DNA of 64,000 nt from Kiritimatiellia bacterium (GTDB lineage: Bacteria; Verrucomicrobiota; Kiritimatiellia; RFP12; JBMNHG01), in assembly GCA_050950285.1 (NCBI GenBank), contig JBMNHG010000002.1, forward strand, positions 824,654 to 888,653, read 5' to 3'. Within the stretch, counting starts at the first letter, position 1, and each line of letters opens with the position of its first letter. The notes beneath the pieces are model-generated. The model searched no databases. It had not been told where the DNA came from and was given only the letters and a program-made list of their open reading frames with translations. Shown piece after piece: positions 1 to 11,188 of this stretch. The translations under genes were made by a program, and so were the position numbers.

Positions 1-252
1 CACTTCGACCCCTGGTGGAATCCCGCCGTGGAGGATCAGGCCACCGACCGCGCCCACCGCATCGGGCAGAAACGCACGGTGTACAGCATCAAGCTCATCG
101 CCCAGCAGACCATCGAGGAGAAGGTGCTCGCCCTCCAGCAGCGCAAGCAGGCCCTCATCCGCGCAACCGTCGGCACCTCCGACGACGCGATGCTCAAGGC
201 CCTCTCCTGGCGCGACGTGCAGGAACTCCTCGCAGACGTCCCCCCGGGCTAG
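1..252 (+). CDS. SNF2/DEAD-box helicase, C-terminal fragment (5' partial)
   Basis: Frame 1 reads HFDPWWNPAVEDQATDRAHRIGQKRTV...TIEEKV, the SNF2 helicase C-terminal motifs; stop TAG at 250-252. Confidence 0.93.
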   Translation, partial: HFDPWWNPAVEDQATDRAHRIGQKRTVYSIKLIAQQTIEEKVLALQQRKQALIRATVGTSDDAMLKALSWRDVQELLADVPPG

Positions 253-289
253 CCTCAAGTTCCCCGCCCGGAAGCGAAGCGTGGATGCG

Positions 290-322
290 AAAAAGCCGCC
301 CCCGTGCAGGGAGGGCGGCTTT
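290..322. terminator. Bidirectional intrinsic terminator between convergent genes
   Basis: AAAGCCGCCC (292-301) / GGGCGGCTTT (313-322) stem with A and T tracts, between the helicase (+) and the regulator (-). Confidence 0.7.
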
Positions 323-376
323 CACGTCGAGCCCCGCCCGCCTCCGTCCGGCGAAGGCGGGCGGGCGCGGAGTCCG

Positions 377-1408
377 CTAGGAACATGCGACGCGGAGCGA
401 TCCGCGCGGGGAGACGCCGGGCTTCACGATGCGGCGCCTGGGAGCTTTCCCGTCGACGGCGTCTTCGACCGCTTCGCCAATGGCGCCGGCGATCGCGTCC
501 AGGTCGTACGAGAGGCTGGCGATCGGCGGGACGCCCAGACCGGAGTACTTGGAGTCGTACCGGCCGACGATGGAAAGGTCGTCCGGCACGCGGATGCCGT
601 TGTACATCAGCTTCTGGAGCGATTGCAACGCCACGGCGGCGGTAAGCTCGACGAAGACGTCGATGCGCTTCTGGCCGGCCAGGCCCACAAAGGAGTCCGG
701 ATCGTCTTGCGCCGAAATCGGAATCGCGGTGCCGCCTCCGTGCGCCATGGCGGCGCAGAATGCGGTCCCCATGGGATCGTCGGTCTTGCCATCCTCCGAG
801 ACGACGCGGTCGTCCATCCGAATCGCCGCATTGCGGAACCCGTTTTCCAGAAGACAGGAGGCGAGCACGTGGGCCTCTTCGCGGGCGGGAGACACCACCT
901 CGAACCATTGGGGATTCTTGGCCGCCACGCCCACGTTGGCATAGACGATGTGCTTGAAGAGGCCCAGTGTCCGGGGCTCGACGTAGGCGGCTTGCTCCAG
1001 CAACACCAGCGTATCCGGCGCACGGAGCCCCTTCACCACCCGCTGGCTCCAATCAAAGAGCACATCCGGATCCGGATTCCAGGCGATGATCTCCAAATCG
1101 AATTCTTTTTGGATCAACGAGGCGCAGATGTGATGGAACGCCGCGGCGTCGAGCCGCTTGTCCGAAGGGAGCATCACGGCCACCCGGGCACGCGCCGGAC
1201 GCCGGATCACCTTGGTGCCCACGCGGGGGACGCCGCGAAGCACGCCCTCCCGGCCGAGTTCGCCCAGTGAACGGCGAAGCGTGTCGACCTTGCAGTCCAG
1301 CACCTTCGCCAGTTCGTGGATCTCGGGAAGAAATTCGCCGACGGGATACTTGCCTGCACGCAACAGGTGGATCAATCGTTGTTTCGCATTTTTGTACAGA
1401 GGTGGCAT
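377..1408 (-). CDS. GntR-HTH / LacI-type ligand-binding transcriptional regulator
   Basis: N-term PLYKNAK..G.YPVGEFLP..ELAK.L.C...TLRRSL..L.REG.L (GntR wHTH); C-term GIRVPDDLSIVG.YD...PPIASL (LacI sensor); AGGAG SD upstream of ATG 1408. Confidence 0.85.
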   Translation of the reverse strand: MPPLYKNAKQRLIHLLRAGKYPVGEFLPEIHELAKVLDCKVDTLRRSLGELGREGVLRGVPRVGTKVIRRPARARVAVMLPSDKRLDAAAFHHICASLIQKEFDLEIIAWNPDPDVLFDWSQRVVKGLRAPDTLVLLEQAAYVEPRTLGLFKHIVYANVGVAAKNPQWFEVVSPAREEAHVLASCLLENGFRNAAIRMDDRVVSEDGKTDDPMGTAFCAAMAHGGGTAIPISAQDDPDSFVGLAGQKRIDVFVELTAAVALQSLQKLMYNGIRVPDDLSIVGRYDSKYSGLGVPPIASLSYDLDAIAGAIGEAVEDAVDGKAPRRRIVKPGVSPRGSLRVACS

Positions 1409-1739
1409 AGGACAACTCCTGGTTTGTTCGTTCGATGAGTCGTAGAGTGTTGGAATCGACTGTTCTGAAACGCATCGGTTGGGATGTGACATCGCATGGG
1501 AAAGGGGAAACACGGGCAAATTCCCCTGTGTTTTTCCCATTTCATCATTACGATTGAATCAACAGGATAGGAAAGGATGATGGAAATGTCAATAAAACAT
1601 GATTTTGACGTTGCCCGTCGAAGGCCGCCCTGGGTGCCTCCGCCTTCCAAACGTCCTTCCAGACTTACTCCGCATGCCTCCAAAAACCCCCGCCAGTCCG
1701 GGGCCAGTCGATTGGCCATGGATTGACGGGGGGGTGAAA

Positions 1740-1813
1740 TGGAGCGGGCGATGGGAATCGAACCCACGTAAGAAGCTTGGGAAGCTCCTATTCTGCCATT
1801 GAATTACGCCCGC
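1740..1813 (-). tRNA. tRNA-Gly (anticodon CCC)
   Basis: Reverse complement GCGGGCGTAATTCAATGGCAGAATAGGAGCTTCCCAAGCTTCTTACGTGGGTTCGATTCCCATCGCCCGCTCCA: cloverleaf, GTTCGA T-loop, encoded CCA, 74 nt. Confidence 0.97.
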
Positions 1814-2031
1814 AGGAAACAGGGTTCGGCATGTGGCGTGCAGGGTAGCCGGGAAACGGCCCGGATTCAAGCCAAAAGTGTCGGCAGGGGAAGATTTCGC
1901 GGGGACATTTCATCCGCCCTGGCCGGACGGGGGCGCAACCGCGGTGCCGGCGGCTTAGCCGGCCGGACGGCCTCCGGTTTGCGGCCGCGCCATTGAACCG
2001 CCCCTCGTCCGTTTCCGTTTACACCATGAGA

Positions 2032-3255
2032 ATGCCGTTCTTCCGTTACAAAGCGCGGGATGCCGCAGGGCGTCCACGGGGCGGGCGCCTGGAGGCGTCC
2101 GATGCGGCGGCATTGTCGCGCCACCTGCGCGGCGAGGGGTGGCTGGTGCTGGCCGTCGAGGAGGAATCCTCCCCGGAAACGGATGCGGGGCTTCCGCCCC
2201 GCTGGAATCCCGCCTGGTTGCTGCCGGTGGCGTCGCTCGACCTCGAGCTGGGCATGCGGCAAGCCTCCTCGATGCTGAAAAGCGGCGTGCCGCTTACGCT
2301 GGCGCTGCAAACGGTCGCCGCCCAGGCGCGCCGCCCCCGCGCCATGCGGGCCTGGCTCTCGCTGCTCGAGCGGGTTCGTTCGGGCGAAAGCCTCTCCGGG
2401 GCGATGGCGGAGCAGCCGCGCGTCTTCGCGGACGAAATCGTCCAGCTCGTGCGCGTGGGCGAGCATTCCGGCGAACTGGATGCGGTCTTCGGGCGGGCCG
2501 CCGACCAACTCGCGGCGCGCCGCGAAGTGCGGGCGCTGGTGCTCAATGCGCTGCTGTATCCCTGCCTCACCATCCTGATGGCGATTGGCGTGTCGGTTTT
2601 CCTCGTGGCGAGCGTGATTCCCAAAATCGCGGCCTTCCTGAAAACCGGCAACACCACGCTCCCGCCGCTGACGCAGTCGCTGATGGACCTCTCGGACTGG
2701 ATTCGCGGGAACGGCGCGTACGTCCTGGCGGGCATCGTCCTCTTCGCCGTGCTCTGGACGGTGGTGCGGCTTTTCCCCAAAGGCCGCGAATCCGAGGATG
2801 CCTTGCTCCTGCGACTCCCCGTTTCCGGGAAGATCCTGCGCATCTCCGGAACGGCGGTCTTCGCCCGCGTGATGGCCATGCTGCTGGAAAGCGGCGTCAC
2901 CCTCCTGGACTCGCTGCGCGTCGTCGGGAACGTGCTCGGCAACCGGCGCCTCGCCCGCCGCATCGCGGACGCCCGCGAGGAGGTGATGCGCGGCGAGCCG
3001 CTTTCGGCCGTGCTCGCGCGAGCCCCCGAATTCCTGCCGATGCTCGCCCGCATGACCGCCGTGGCCGAGACCACCGGATCGCTGGGCGAATCCTTCCACG
3101 AGGTGGCGCGCTTCCACGAGACCCTCCTCGCCATCACCGTCAAACGCCTTTCCGCCACGCTCGAGCCGGTCACCATCCTCGTCACCGGATCCATCGTGGG
3201 GTTCGTGTACGTCTCCTTCTTCCTCGCCCTTTTCTCGATGGCCAACGCCGTCTAG
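2032..3255 (+). CDS. gspF: Type II secretion / type IV pilus inner-membrane platform protein (GspF/PilC)
   Basis: MPFFRYKARD..G....G.LEA start, ML.SGVPL..AL, GE.SG.LD, ALLYP, second T2SSF repeat with E.TGSL...LEP; start could be 2026. Confidence 0.93.
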   Translation: MPFFRYKARDAAGRPRGGRLEASDAAALSRHLRGEGWLVLAVEEESSPETDAGLPPRWNPAWLLPVASLDLELGMRQASSMLKSGVPLTLALQTVAAQARRPRAMRAWLSLLERVRSGESLSGAMAEQPRVFADEIVQLVRVGEHSGELDAVFGRAADQLAARREVRALVLNALLYPCLTILMAIGVSVFLVASVIPKIAAFLKTGNTTLPPLTQSLMDLSDWIRGNGAYVLAGIVLFAVLWTVVRLFPKGRESEDALLLRLPVSGKILRISGTAVFARVMAMLLESGVTLLDSLRVVGNVLGNRRLARRIADAREEVMRGEPLSAVLARAPEFLPMLARMTAVAETTGSLGESFHEVARFHETLLAITVKRLSATLEPVTILVTGSIVGFVYVSFFLALFSMANAV

Positions 3256-3272
3256 CCCGAAAGGAATCCCCC

Positions 3273-5438
3273 ATGAACCGCCTTTCCGCCGCCTTCCTCC
3301 TCCTCCTCCTGGCCGCCTGCGCGACGGCTCAGGAAACGGCTCCCGCCCCCGCGCCGCGCGACGACCCCATGCGCCCCACCCGGCACATGGCCGACGTCCT
3401 GCGCGGCGCCGCCGGGAATCTCGACGGCATGTCGCTCCGCGCCCTCGTGGTGGGGGCTTCGGGTGACGGCGCGGCCCTTCTTTCCACGCCGGGGGACGAG
3501 GCCCTCGTCGTGGGCGCGGGCGCCGTCGTCCCGCAGACCATCGCGGGAGTGCGCGTCCCGCTCGAGGTGGAGGCGGTCACCCCCGAGGGCGTTTCCTTCG
3601 TCTCCCCGGCGCGCGAGACGCCGCTTCTCCTCCCCGCGACGCTGCAGGCGGCGCCCGCCCCCGACGAAGCGGCCTCCGAGACCATCCTGCGCCACGCCGA
3701 ATGCCGCGACGTGCCGATGGAAATGCTGATGCGCATGATCTCCGGCCAGACCGGCCTGAACATCTCCACCTCCGGCAAGGCGGGGAAGACGCCCGTGACA
3801 CTCTCGCTCCGCAACGTCGAAGCCGACGTCGCCGTGGAGGAGGCCTGCCTCGCGACCGGACTCTGGTTCCGCAAGGAAAGCGGGTCCGGCGTCGTGCGCG
3901 TCACCACGATGGACGAATACAGCGAGTCGCTCTCCTCCTTCCGCGAGGAGCAGACCGAGACCTTCACGCTGCTCTATCCGAACGTAATCGAAGTAGCCTC
4001 GGTCATCTACGGGCTCTACCCCGAGCGCGTGATGCTCTCGCTGGGCGAGGAGGAACTCCTCGATGACGAGCAGAACGACATTTCCCGGCGCTTCGAACGC
4101 TTCAACACCATCGCCGAAAGCGGCGGGTCGTCCTTCCTGGAGATGGATCCGGGCAGGACGTCCTCCTCCGGCGGCTCCGGCGGCGGCACCCTGTCCTTCA
4201 ACGACGGCCGCGTCACGATGGTCGGCCCCGTCCACCAGACCGTCACCCTCGAGGACGCCCGGCGCCTGGCCGCCGCCGAACGCCTTGCGGACACCAACGC
4301 CCTCGGCAACACGCTGGACACGATCCAGTCCCGGGCCGCGAACATCTTCGTGACCGTCAGCCGCAAGAACAGCATGCTGATGGTCCGCTCCAGCGACACC
4401 CGTGCGATGGACGACATCCGCGCGCTCGTGAAACGCCTCGACGTGCCTACGCCCATGGTGCTTCTCGAGGTCAAGGTGCTCGAACTGCAACTCGACGACG
4501 ACTTCACGTCCACCTTCGAATTCGCCGCGTACGAGGACGCCGACGGCACGACGCCCGTCGCCGACCGCTTCGCCTTCACCGACGCCGGCGGGAACCCCCG
4601 CTACCGGACATCGGGCGGCAGACGCGACTGGGACGATGTCGCCGCGGGCTTCCCCGGCTTCAATCCGCTCCTCAACGAGCCCATGGGCGACGCCTTCTCC
4701 TTCCGTCTCCTGAGCCGGCACCTCCAGGCGCGCATCCAGCTGCTGGAGAAAGACGGGAAGGCCCGCACGCTCGCGACGCCCCTGCTGCTCACCGCGAACA
4801 ACGAAGTCTCCCGCCTTTTCATCGGCGAGGAACGCCCGATGGTGAAGAACATCACCAGCCAGACCATCGCGAGCGGCGACACCACCATCACCGTCCCCCA
4901 AACGGAAATCGAGTTCCAGGCCGTGGGCACGCTGCTGCTCATCACGCCCAACATCAACGCGGACCGCACGGTGACCCTCCGGCTCCTGCAGGAGAATTCC
5001 GAAATCCAGCCGAACGCCGCGACCATCCCCATCTACAGCCTGGGGAGCGGCGGGATCGTGCAGAACGTGCCCATCGACGTCGTCTCCTCGCGAAGCGTCA
5101 CCGGCACCTTCGTGGCGAAGGACCGGATGTCCATCGCCGTGGGCGGCCTGATCAAGGAGACCGAGGCCGAACAGGTCCGGCGCATCCCGCTCCTCGGAAG
5201 GCTCCCGCTCCTCGGCTGGCTCTTCCGCGGCACGGAGACGGTGAAGCGCCGCACCGAACTCATCGTCATGGTGAAACCGCACGTCATCAGCACGCCCGGC
5301 GAAGCCGGAGCCGTCAGCCGCCGCACGCTGGACGACGTCTCGGCCCACGCCGCCCGGGACGCCCGGCCCTCCCTGAACGTGATGAAAGCCGACCCCTTCG
5401 AAGCCACCCCCGCCACCGGAGAATGGGCAGGGGAATAA
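3273..5438 (+). CDS. gspD: Secretin (GspD/PilQ family) with signal peptide and an extra N-terminal domain
   Basis: Signal peptide MNRLSAAFLLLLLAAC; LDVPTPMVLLEVKVLE, LATP.LLT.NN, L.ITPNIN, GGLI, RIPLLGRLPLLGWLF...RRTELIV..KPHVI; AAGGA SD. Confidence 0.92.
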   Translation: MNRLSAAFLLLLLAACATAQETAPAPAPRDDPMRPTRHMADVLRGAAGNLDGMSLRALVVGASGDGAALLSTPGDEALVVGAGAVVPQTIAGVRVPLEVEAVTPEGVSFVSPARETPLLLPATLQAAPAPDEAASETILRHAECRDVPMEMLMRMISGQTGLNISTSGKAGKTPVTLSLRNVEADVAVEEACLATGLWFRKESGSGVVRVTTMDEYSESLSSFREEQTETFTLLYPNVIEVASVIYGLYPERVMLSLGEEELLDDEQNDISRRFERFNTIAESGGSSFLEMDPGRTSSSGGSGGGTLSFNDGRVTMVGPVHQTVTLEDARRLAAAERLADTNALGNTLDTIQSRAANIFVTVSRKNSMLMVRSSDTRAMDDIRALVKRLDVPTPMVLLEVKVLELQLDDDFTSTFEFAAYEDADGTTPVADRFAFTDAGGNPRYRTSGGRRDWDDVAAGFPGFNPLLNEPMGDAFSFRLLSRHLQARIQLLEKDGKARTLATPLLLTANNEVSRLFIGEERPMVKNITSQTIASGDTTITVPQTEIEFQAVGTLLLITPNINADRTVTLRLLQENSEIQPNAATIPIYSLGSGGIVQNVPIDVVSSRSVTGTFVAKDRMSIAVGGLIKETEAEQVRRIPLLGRLPLLGWLFRGTETVKRRTELIVMVKPHVISTPGEAGAVSRRTLDDVSAHAARDARPSLNVMKADPFEATPATGEWAGE

Positions 5439-5601
5439 CCCGCGCCCTCCCCTCCCCCGTCTCCGCGGGTTCCGCCGCCCTCCCCGGCGGCGGGCCGCCC
5501 CTTTTTCGCGGAAGCAGCGGAGGCGGGAGGGCGGCACGGCACGCGCCGCCCCTGGAATTCCGCTTGCCGCCTGGAGGCTTTGACTTTACCATGGATTTGC
5601 C

Positions 5602-8600
5602 ATGAGCTCCTTTGCCCAAAACACGGCGGCGGAAGACAGCCTGTCTTCTTCGCTTTTCGACATCGAACGGGAGAAGACCCCCTTCTTCCGGCGACTGGAT
5701 TGGTCGGCCTTCTGGACCGCCACCATCCTCTCGTTCCTTGTCTACTTCTTCACCCTGGCCCCGACGGTGACGCTCGAGGATTCGGGGGAACTGGCCGTGG
5801 CCGGCGACCACCTGGGCGTGCCGCATCCTCCGGGATACCCGATCTGGACGATGATTTCGTGGTGCTTCGCGCGCATCTTCTCCTGGGTGACCTACCGGGG
5901 CCAGCCCACGCCCGCCTGGTCGATCGCGCTGGGCGGATCGGCGGTCTTCGGCGCGATCGCCGCCGGCCTCACCGCGATGCTCATCACGCGCTCCGGCTCG
6001 GACATGCTCGCCGCGCTCCGCAAGGATCCCGAAGGCGCGCTGGGCGGCGGAGGCGCCGCGGCGGACGGCCGGCGCGACGATGTCATCTGCTGGGCGGGCG
6101 GCGTCGCGGGCAGCCTTCTCTTCGCCTTCAGCCCCGTCATGTGGTCGCAGGCGACCATCTGCGAGGTGTACGCGCTGAACGCCTTCTTCCTGATGGCGGT
6201 GATGCTCATGACGTACCGCTGGATGCGACGCCCCACGCGCGGGCTGCTGTGGGGGACCGCCTTCGTCTTCGGCCTGGGCCTCACCAACTACCAGGTGCTC
6301 CTGCTGGCGATCGTGCCGTTGATCATCGTGATCTTCCTGCGCGACTTGAAGCTGTTCCGCGACTTCCTGCTCGTGGCCATTCCCATGCTGCTCACGCTGT
6401 GGGTGCTGAAACTGGGTTCGCTCCTGCCCATGGAAGGCTTCCCGAAACACGAGCCCATCCAGGGCAAGAGCCTCATGTACTCCCCGGGGCTCTTCTACGG
6501 CGGGCTGGCCATCGCGGGAATAGGCTTGCTCGCGGCGCTCGTCGCGGACGGACTGCGGCGCGCCCGCCGTGACGATGCGGCCGGCTACGCCGCATGGGGC
6601 GCCACGGGCGCCCTGGGGCTGGGGCTGGTCACGATGTTCGCCGCCCGCTTCTCCACGGTGGAAGTTTCCCCCGCGCGAGACTTCGAGGCCTTCGCGGCAC
6701 TGGTGGATCCGCGCATCTACATGGACGCGGCGACCGCGCTCGTGGGCGCGCTGGGCGCGCTCGTGGCGGGCGGACTGCTTCGTCGCGGGCGTCCCCGGTC
6801 CGACCCTGCGGCATGGCTCCCGATGGCGCTCTTCGCCGCCTTCGGGCTGTGGCTCCTCCTTACCGCGGCCGGCGTCCGGGAACCCCCGCCCTACCACCTG
6901 AAGCACCCCGGAGAACTCGTAGGCGACCCCTTCAACTGGGGCGTGGTGATCCTCGGCTTCCTCGCCGCCATAGCGGTCCTCTTCGCCCTGTCCTGCACCA
7001 CCCCCGCAGGGCTCTACTACGCCCTCGGCACGACGCTCGCGAACCTTGCGCTGCTCCTGCTGCTGAAGCGGGGCGCATTGCTGGGCCTCACCCACCCCGC
7101 CACCTGGTGGTTCTGGACGCCCGTCTGCCTGAACTTCGTCTACCTGGCGCTCGCGTGGCTCTTCCTGCCCCACGGCCGCACCGTCTCCCTCACCGTGCTC
7201 GCGGCCGAGGCCGGCGTGGCCTTCTACGCCTACATGCCCATCGTCTCCGACCTGCGCAACCCCCCGATGAACTGGGGCTACCCCCGCACGTGGGAGGGCT
7301 TCAAGCACGCCATCACCCGCGGCCAGTACGAGAAACTCGCGCCCACCGACATCTTCTCGTCGCGCTTCGTGAAACAAGTGGGCGCGTACTTCACCGACCT
7401 CCGCACGCAGTTCACGATGCTCGTGGCGCCGCTCGGCTTCCTCCCCTTCGCCGTGTGGCACTTCCGGACGAAGAAGCGGGGACGCGTTCACGCCCTGCCC
7501 GTGGCCATCGCCCTCTTCGCAGTCTCGTGCCTGTTCGTCATCCTCGCGGTCATCCCCGACGTCGAGGTTGTCTTCGACCGCCTGCGCCTCGACAAGTGGG
7601 TCGTGGGCGGCATGCTGCTTCTCGCCGCGGCCGGCGGCGTGATCATCGCCCTCTCGCAGTATGGCGACCTGCTGGAGCGCGTCTACCGGCGCCGCGACCT
7701 CACCGAAACGCTCACGCTGGGCGTCTCCCTGCTCGGCATCGCCGGCGCGCTCGCCCTCTTCTGCACGAAGGGATTCTATGCCGTCTTCGAGGCGGACGAC
7801 CTCCTGGCGCGGGCCAGGCAGAACCTCCCGCAGCTCCAGGCAGGCGCCATGCTTCTCTCCGTGGCGGTCGTCGCCGCCCTGCTGGTGGGCCTGCCCATCC
7901 TGCGCCGCCGCGCCCGCGACCGCCATGGGCTCGACTTCGCGATGGGCGACGTCGCCCAGCAGTGGCTGATCGCCACCGTCGCCGCCTTCCTCATGATGTC
8001 CATCCTCCTCACCGTGCTCGCCAACCCCAAGGGCGACCTGCAGGACGCCTTCATCCAAAAGGTGAAGTTCATCTCGTCCCACGGCCTCTTCGCCATCTGG
8101 ATCGGCTACGGCGCCATCCTCGCGCTGGCATTCCTCGGCACCTTCCTCGAACGCCTCTTCCGCCGCCGCGAGGCGGACACCCTCCTCGACACTGCGCCCC
8201 GCGACACCCCCCACCCTGCCGCGCGCTTCCTCCACGCCCTGGCCATCGGCGCGGCATGCCTCCTCCCGCTGATCCCCATCCACCAGAACTACTTCAACGA
8301 GCGCCTGGTCTTCGAACTCGGTGGCGCCGAGCAGAACGGCCACGACTACGGCTGGCAGTTCGGCAACTTCCAGCTCCGCGGCGCCGAGGCCATCCTCGAA
8401 GAACTGGAACGCGACGAAGAGCCCCTGCCCAACCCCTACTATCCGCCTGCGATGACCACCAACGCCGTCTTCTTCGGCGGCACCGACCCCGGACGCTTCG
8501 TGCCCACCTACATGATCTATTCGGCACTCGTCCGCCCCGACGTCTTCATCATCACCCAGAACGCCCTCGCCGACAACACCTACATGAGCGTCGAACGCGA

Positions 8601-9882
8601 CCTGTACGGCGACGACATGTGGATCCCCACCCCCGAGGATTCCGCAAGGGCCTTCCAAATCTATGTCGACGAGGTCGAGTCCGGGAAGCGCCCGCGCAAC
8701 GCCGATCTCATCATCGACCACGGCCGCGTCCAGGTCTCCGGCGCCCTCGGCGTCATGGAAATCAACGGCATCCTCTGCGAAATGATGTTCGAACGCAACA
8801 AGGCGCTGCACGACTTCTACGTGGAGGAATCCTACGTGATCCCATGGATGTACCCCTACTTCACGCCCCATGGCCTCATCCTCAAGCTCAACCCCGAGCC
8901 GTGCGAATTCACCAGCCGGCACCAGCGCGACGACCTCGATTTCTGGGACTGGTACACCCGCCGCCTGATCTACTCGAAGAACTTCCGCCGCGACGTCGTG
9001 GCCCAGAAGTCCTTCTCGAAACTCCGCAGCGCCATCGCCGGATGCTATACCTTCCGCAACAAGATCCACGAGGCGGAGCAGGCCTTCACCGAAGCACGCA
9101 TGCTCTACTGCGTGAGCCCCGAGGCCACCTTCCGCATGGTGCAGGACGTCTACCTCCGCTCCCGCCGGAACGAAGACGCCATCGACATGTTCGCCGAATT
9201 CCTCAAGATCGACCCGAACAACGAACGCGCCGCCGAGTTCTATCGCTATCTCCTGAAAATCCAGAAGAACGAAAACCGCATCCAGGAAATCGCCGCACAA
9301 GTCGAGCCCGGCAAGCCCCCCTCCTCCTCGCAGCTGCTCGAAATGGCCGGATGCTACGCCGAACTCGGCAGCGACCCCATGGCCGCCCGCTGCATCGACT
9401 CCGCCATGTCGGATCCGGCCCTTTCCTACGCGCAAGCCACGAACGCCCTCTTCCTCGCCACGGCGTCCTCCAGCTTCCCCGTGGCCGCGAAGGCGGCAGA
9501 CGCCGCGCTCCGCCTGGCCGGAGATTCCCCCGACGCCGAACTCGTGCTGCTCGCCGCCAAAGCCTATGGAGCCTCCGGACAACACGCGAAGATGGCCCCC
9601 CCCCTCGCGCGCCTGCTCAAAACCGATCCCTCCCGATGGGAGGCCTGGTTCTACCTCGGCGCCTTCTATATGGCCCGAAACGACATCGACCGCGCCGGAG
9701 AGGCCTTCAGCCGCGCCGTGCGGGAAGGCGGCGAGGCCGCCGCTACCGATTTGCTCCAGAAGGATCCCGTCATCCGCGAAGCCTACATGGCCTTCGTCAA
9801 CGCCCGTTCGACAATGAAACCACGGCCCCATGCGCCGAACGCCACGGGGCTCCCCGGATCCCCTGGCGACCCCCTCCGCTGA
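5602..9882 (+). CDS. DUF2723/TMEM260-like multi-TM glycosyltransferase with C-terminal TPR-like repeats
   Basis: TLAPTVTLEDSGEL...LGVPHPPGYP, WSQA..EVYALN, NPPMNWG.P.TWEGF...ITRGQY; many TM helices; helical TPR-like C-terminus. Confidence 0.85.
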   Translation: MSSFAQNTAAEDSLSSSLFDIEREKTPFFRRLDWSAFWTATILSFLVYFFTLAPTVTLEDSGELAVAGDHLGVPHPPGYPIWTMISWCFARIFSWVTYRGQPTPAWSIALGGSAVFGAIAAGLTAMLITRSGSDMLAALRKDPEGALGGGGAAADGRRDDVICWAGGVAGSLLFAFSPVMWSQATICEVYALNAFFLMAVMLMTYRWMRRPTRGLLWGTAFVFGLGLTNYQVLLLAIVPLIIVIFLRDLKLFRDFLLVAIPMLLTLWVLKLGSLLPMEGFPKHEPIQGKSLMYSPGLFYGGLAIAGIGLLAALVADGLRRARRDDAAGYAAWGATGALGLGLVTMFAARFSTVEVSPARDFEAFAALVDPRIYMDAATALVGALGALVAGGLLRRGRPRSDPAAWLPMALFAAFGLWLLLTAAGVREPPPYHLKHPGELVGDPFNWGVVILGFLAAIAVLFALSCTTPAGLYYALGTTLANLALLLLLKRGALLGLTHPATWWFWTPVCLNFVYLALAWLFLPHGRTVSLTVLAAEAGVAFYAYMPIVSDLRNPPMNWGYPRTWEGFKHAITRGQYEKLAPTDIFSSRFVKQVGAYFTDLRTQFTMLVAPLGFLPFAVWHFRTKKRGRVHALPVAIALFAVSCLFVILAVIPDVEVVFDRLRLDKWVVGGMLLLAAAGGVIIALSQYGDLLERVYRRRDLTETLTLGVSLLGIAGALALFCTKGFYAVFEADDLLARARQNLPQLQAGAMLLSVAVVAALLVGLPILRRRARDRHGLDFAMGDVAQQWLIATVAAFLMMSILLTVLANPKGDLQDAFIQKVKFISSHGLFAIWIGYGAILALAFLGTFLERLFRRREADTLLDTAPRDTPHPAARFLHALAIGAACLLPLIPIHQNYFNERLVFELGGAEQNGHDYGWQFGNFQLRGAEAILEELERDEEPLPNPYYPPAMTTNAVFFGGTDPGRFVPTYMIYSALVRPDVFIITQNALADNTYMSVERDLYGDDMWIPTPEDSARAFQIYVDEVESGKRPRNADLIIDHGRVQVSGALGVMEINGILCEMMFERNKALHDFYVEESYVIPWMYPYFTPHGLILKLNPEPCEFTSRHQRDDLDFWDWYTRRLIYSKNFRRDVVAQKSFSKLRSAIAGCYTFRNKIHEAEQAFTEARMLYCVSPEATFRMVQDVYLRSRRNEDAIDMFAEFLKIDPNNERAAEFYRYLLKIQKNENRIQEIAAQVEPGKPPSSSQLLEMAGCYAELGSDPMAARCIDSAMSDPALSYAQATNALFLATASSSFPVAAKAADAALRLAGDSPDAELVLLAAKAYGASGQHAKMAPPLARLLKTDPSRWEAWFYLGAFYMARNDIDRAGEAFSRAVREGGEAAATDLLQKDPVIREAYMAFVNARSTMKPRPHAPNATGLPGSPGDPLR

Positions 9883-9911
9883 CACCCACGCCGCTCCGAA
9901 AGCCCAACCCT

Positions 9912-10904
<993 letters not shown>

Positions 10905-11035
10905 GCTTCCCCCCGGCACCTCTTCGCCCATTCCAGCGCGACGAGAAGACGACGCGCTGCAGTGGCGCTTGCGCCCCCTTGGCGTTCTTCCGCCGCCCCA
11001 CCCCTCCCACGGCTGCGGGGGCGGGGTGAAAAGGC

Positions 11036-11064
11036 TTGCGTTTTCCCAGACGAATCGGTATATT
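11036..11064 (+). promoter_or_regulatory. Candidate sigma70 promoter for the hyf/ehr operon
   Basis: TTGCGT-17 nt-TATATT in an AT-rich patch about 180 nt upstream of hyfB. Confidence 0.5.
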
Positions 11065-11080
11065 ATTTGCAATTTTTTTA

Positions 11081-11188
11081 GGTGGAGGCGGCGGTTCCCG
11101 GAAGCGTCGCGCCTCGGTCCGGATTGCCGGGCAACTCCACCCCGCAAGCATTCCGGCCGGGACCGCAGGCAAGGGCGGTCTTTTCATT
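11081..11188 (+). promoter_or_regulatory. Structured 5' leader with intrinsic terminator (attenuator/riboswitch candidate)
   Basis: GGTGGAG/CTCCACC closes two hairpins; GACCGC-AGGCAAGG-GCGGTC-TTTTCATT terminator; competing pairing 11091-11101 with 11157-11166. Confidence 0.45.

Noticed and set aside
1740..1813. Prophage or ICE integrated at tRNA-Gly
   Set aside because: No integrase, phage or conjugation genes and no duplicated tRNA 3' end found in the window
5314..9885. Very long antisense or alternate-frame ORFs (also 6594-9911, 40726-43032, 57694-61128)
   Set aside because: Shadow ORFs of high-GC genes with strong codon bias; the overlapping frames carry the real motifs
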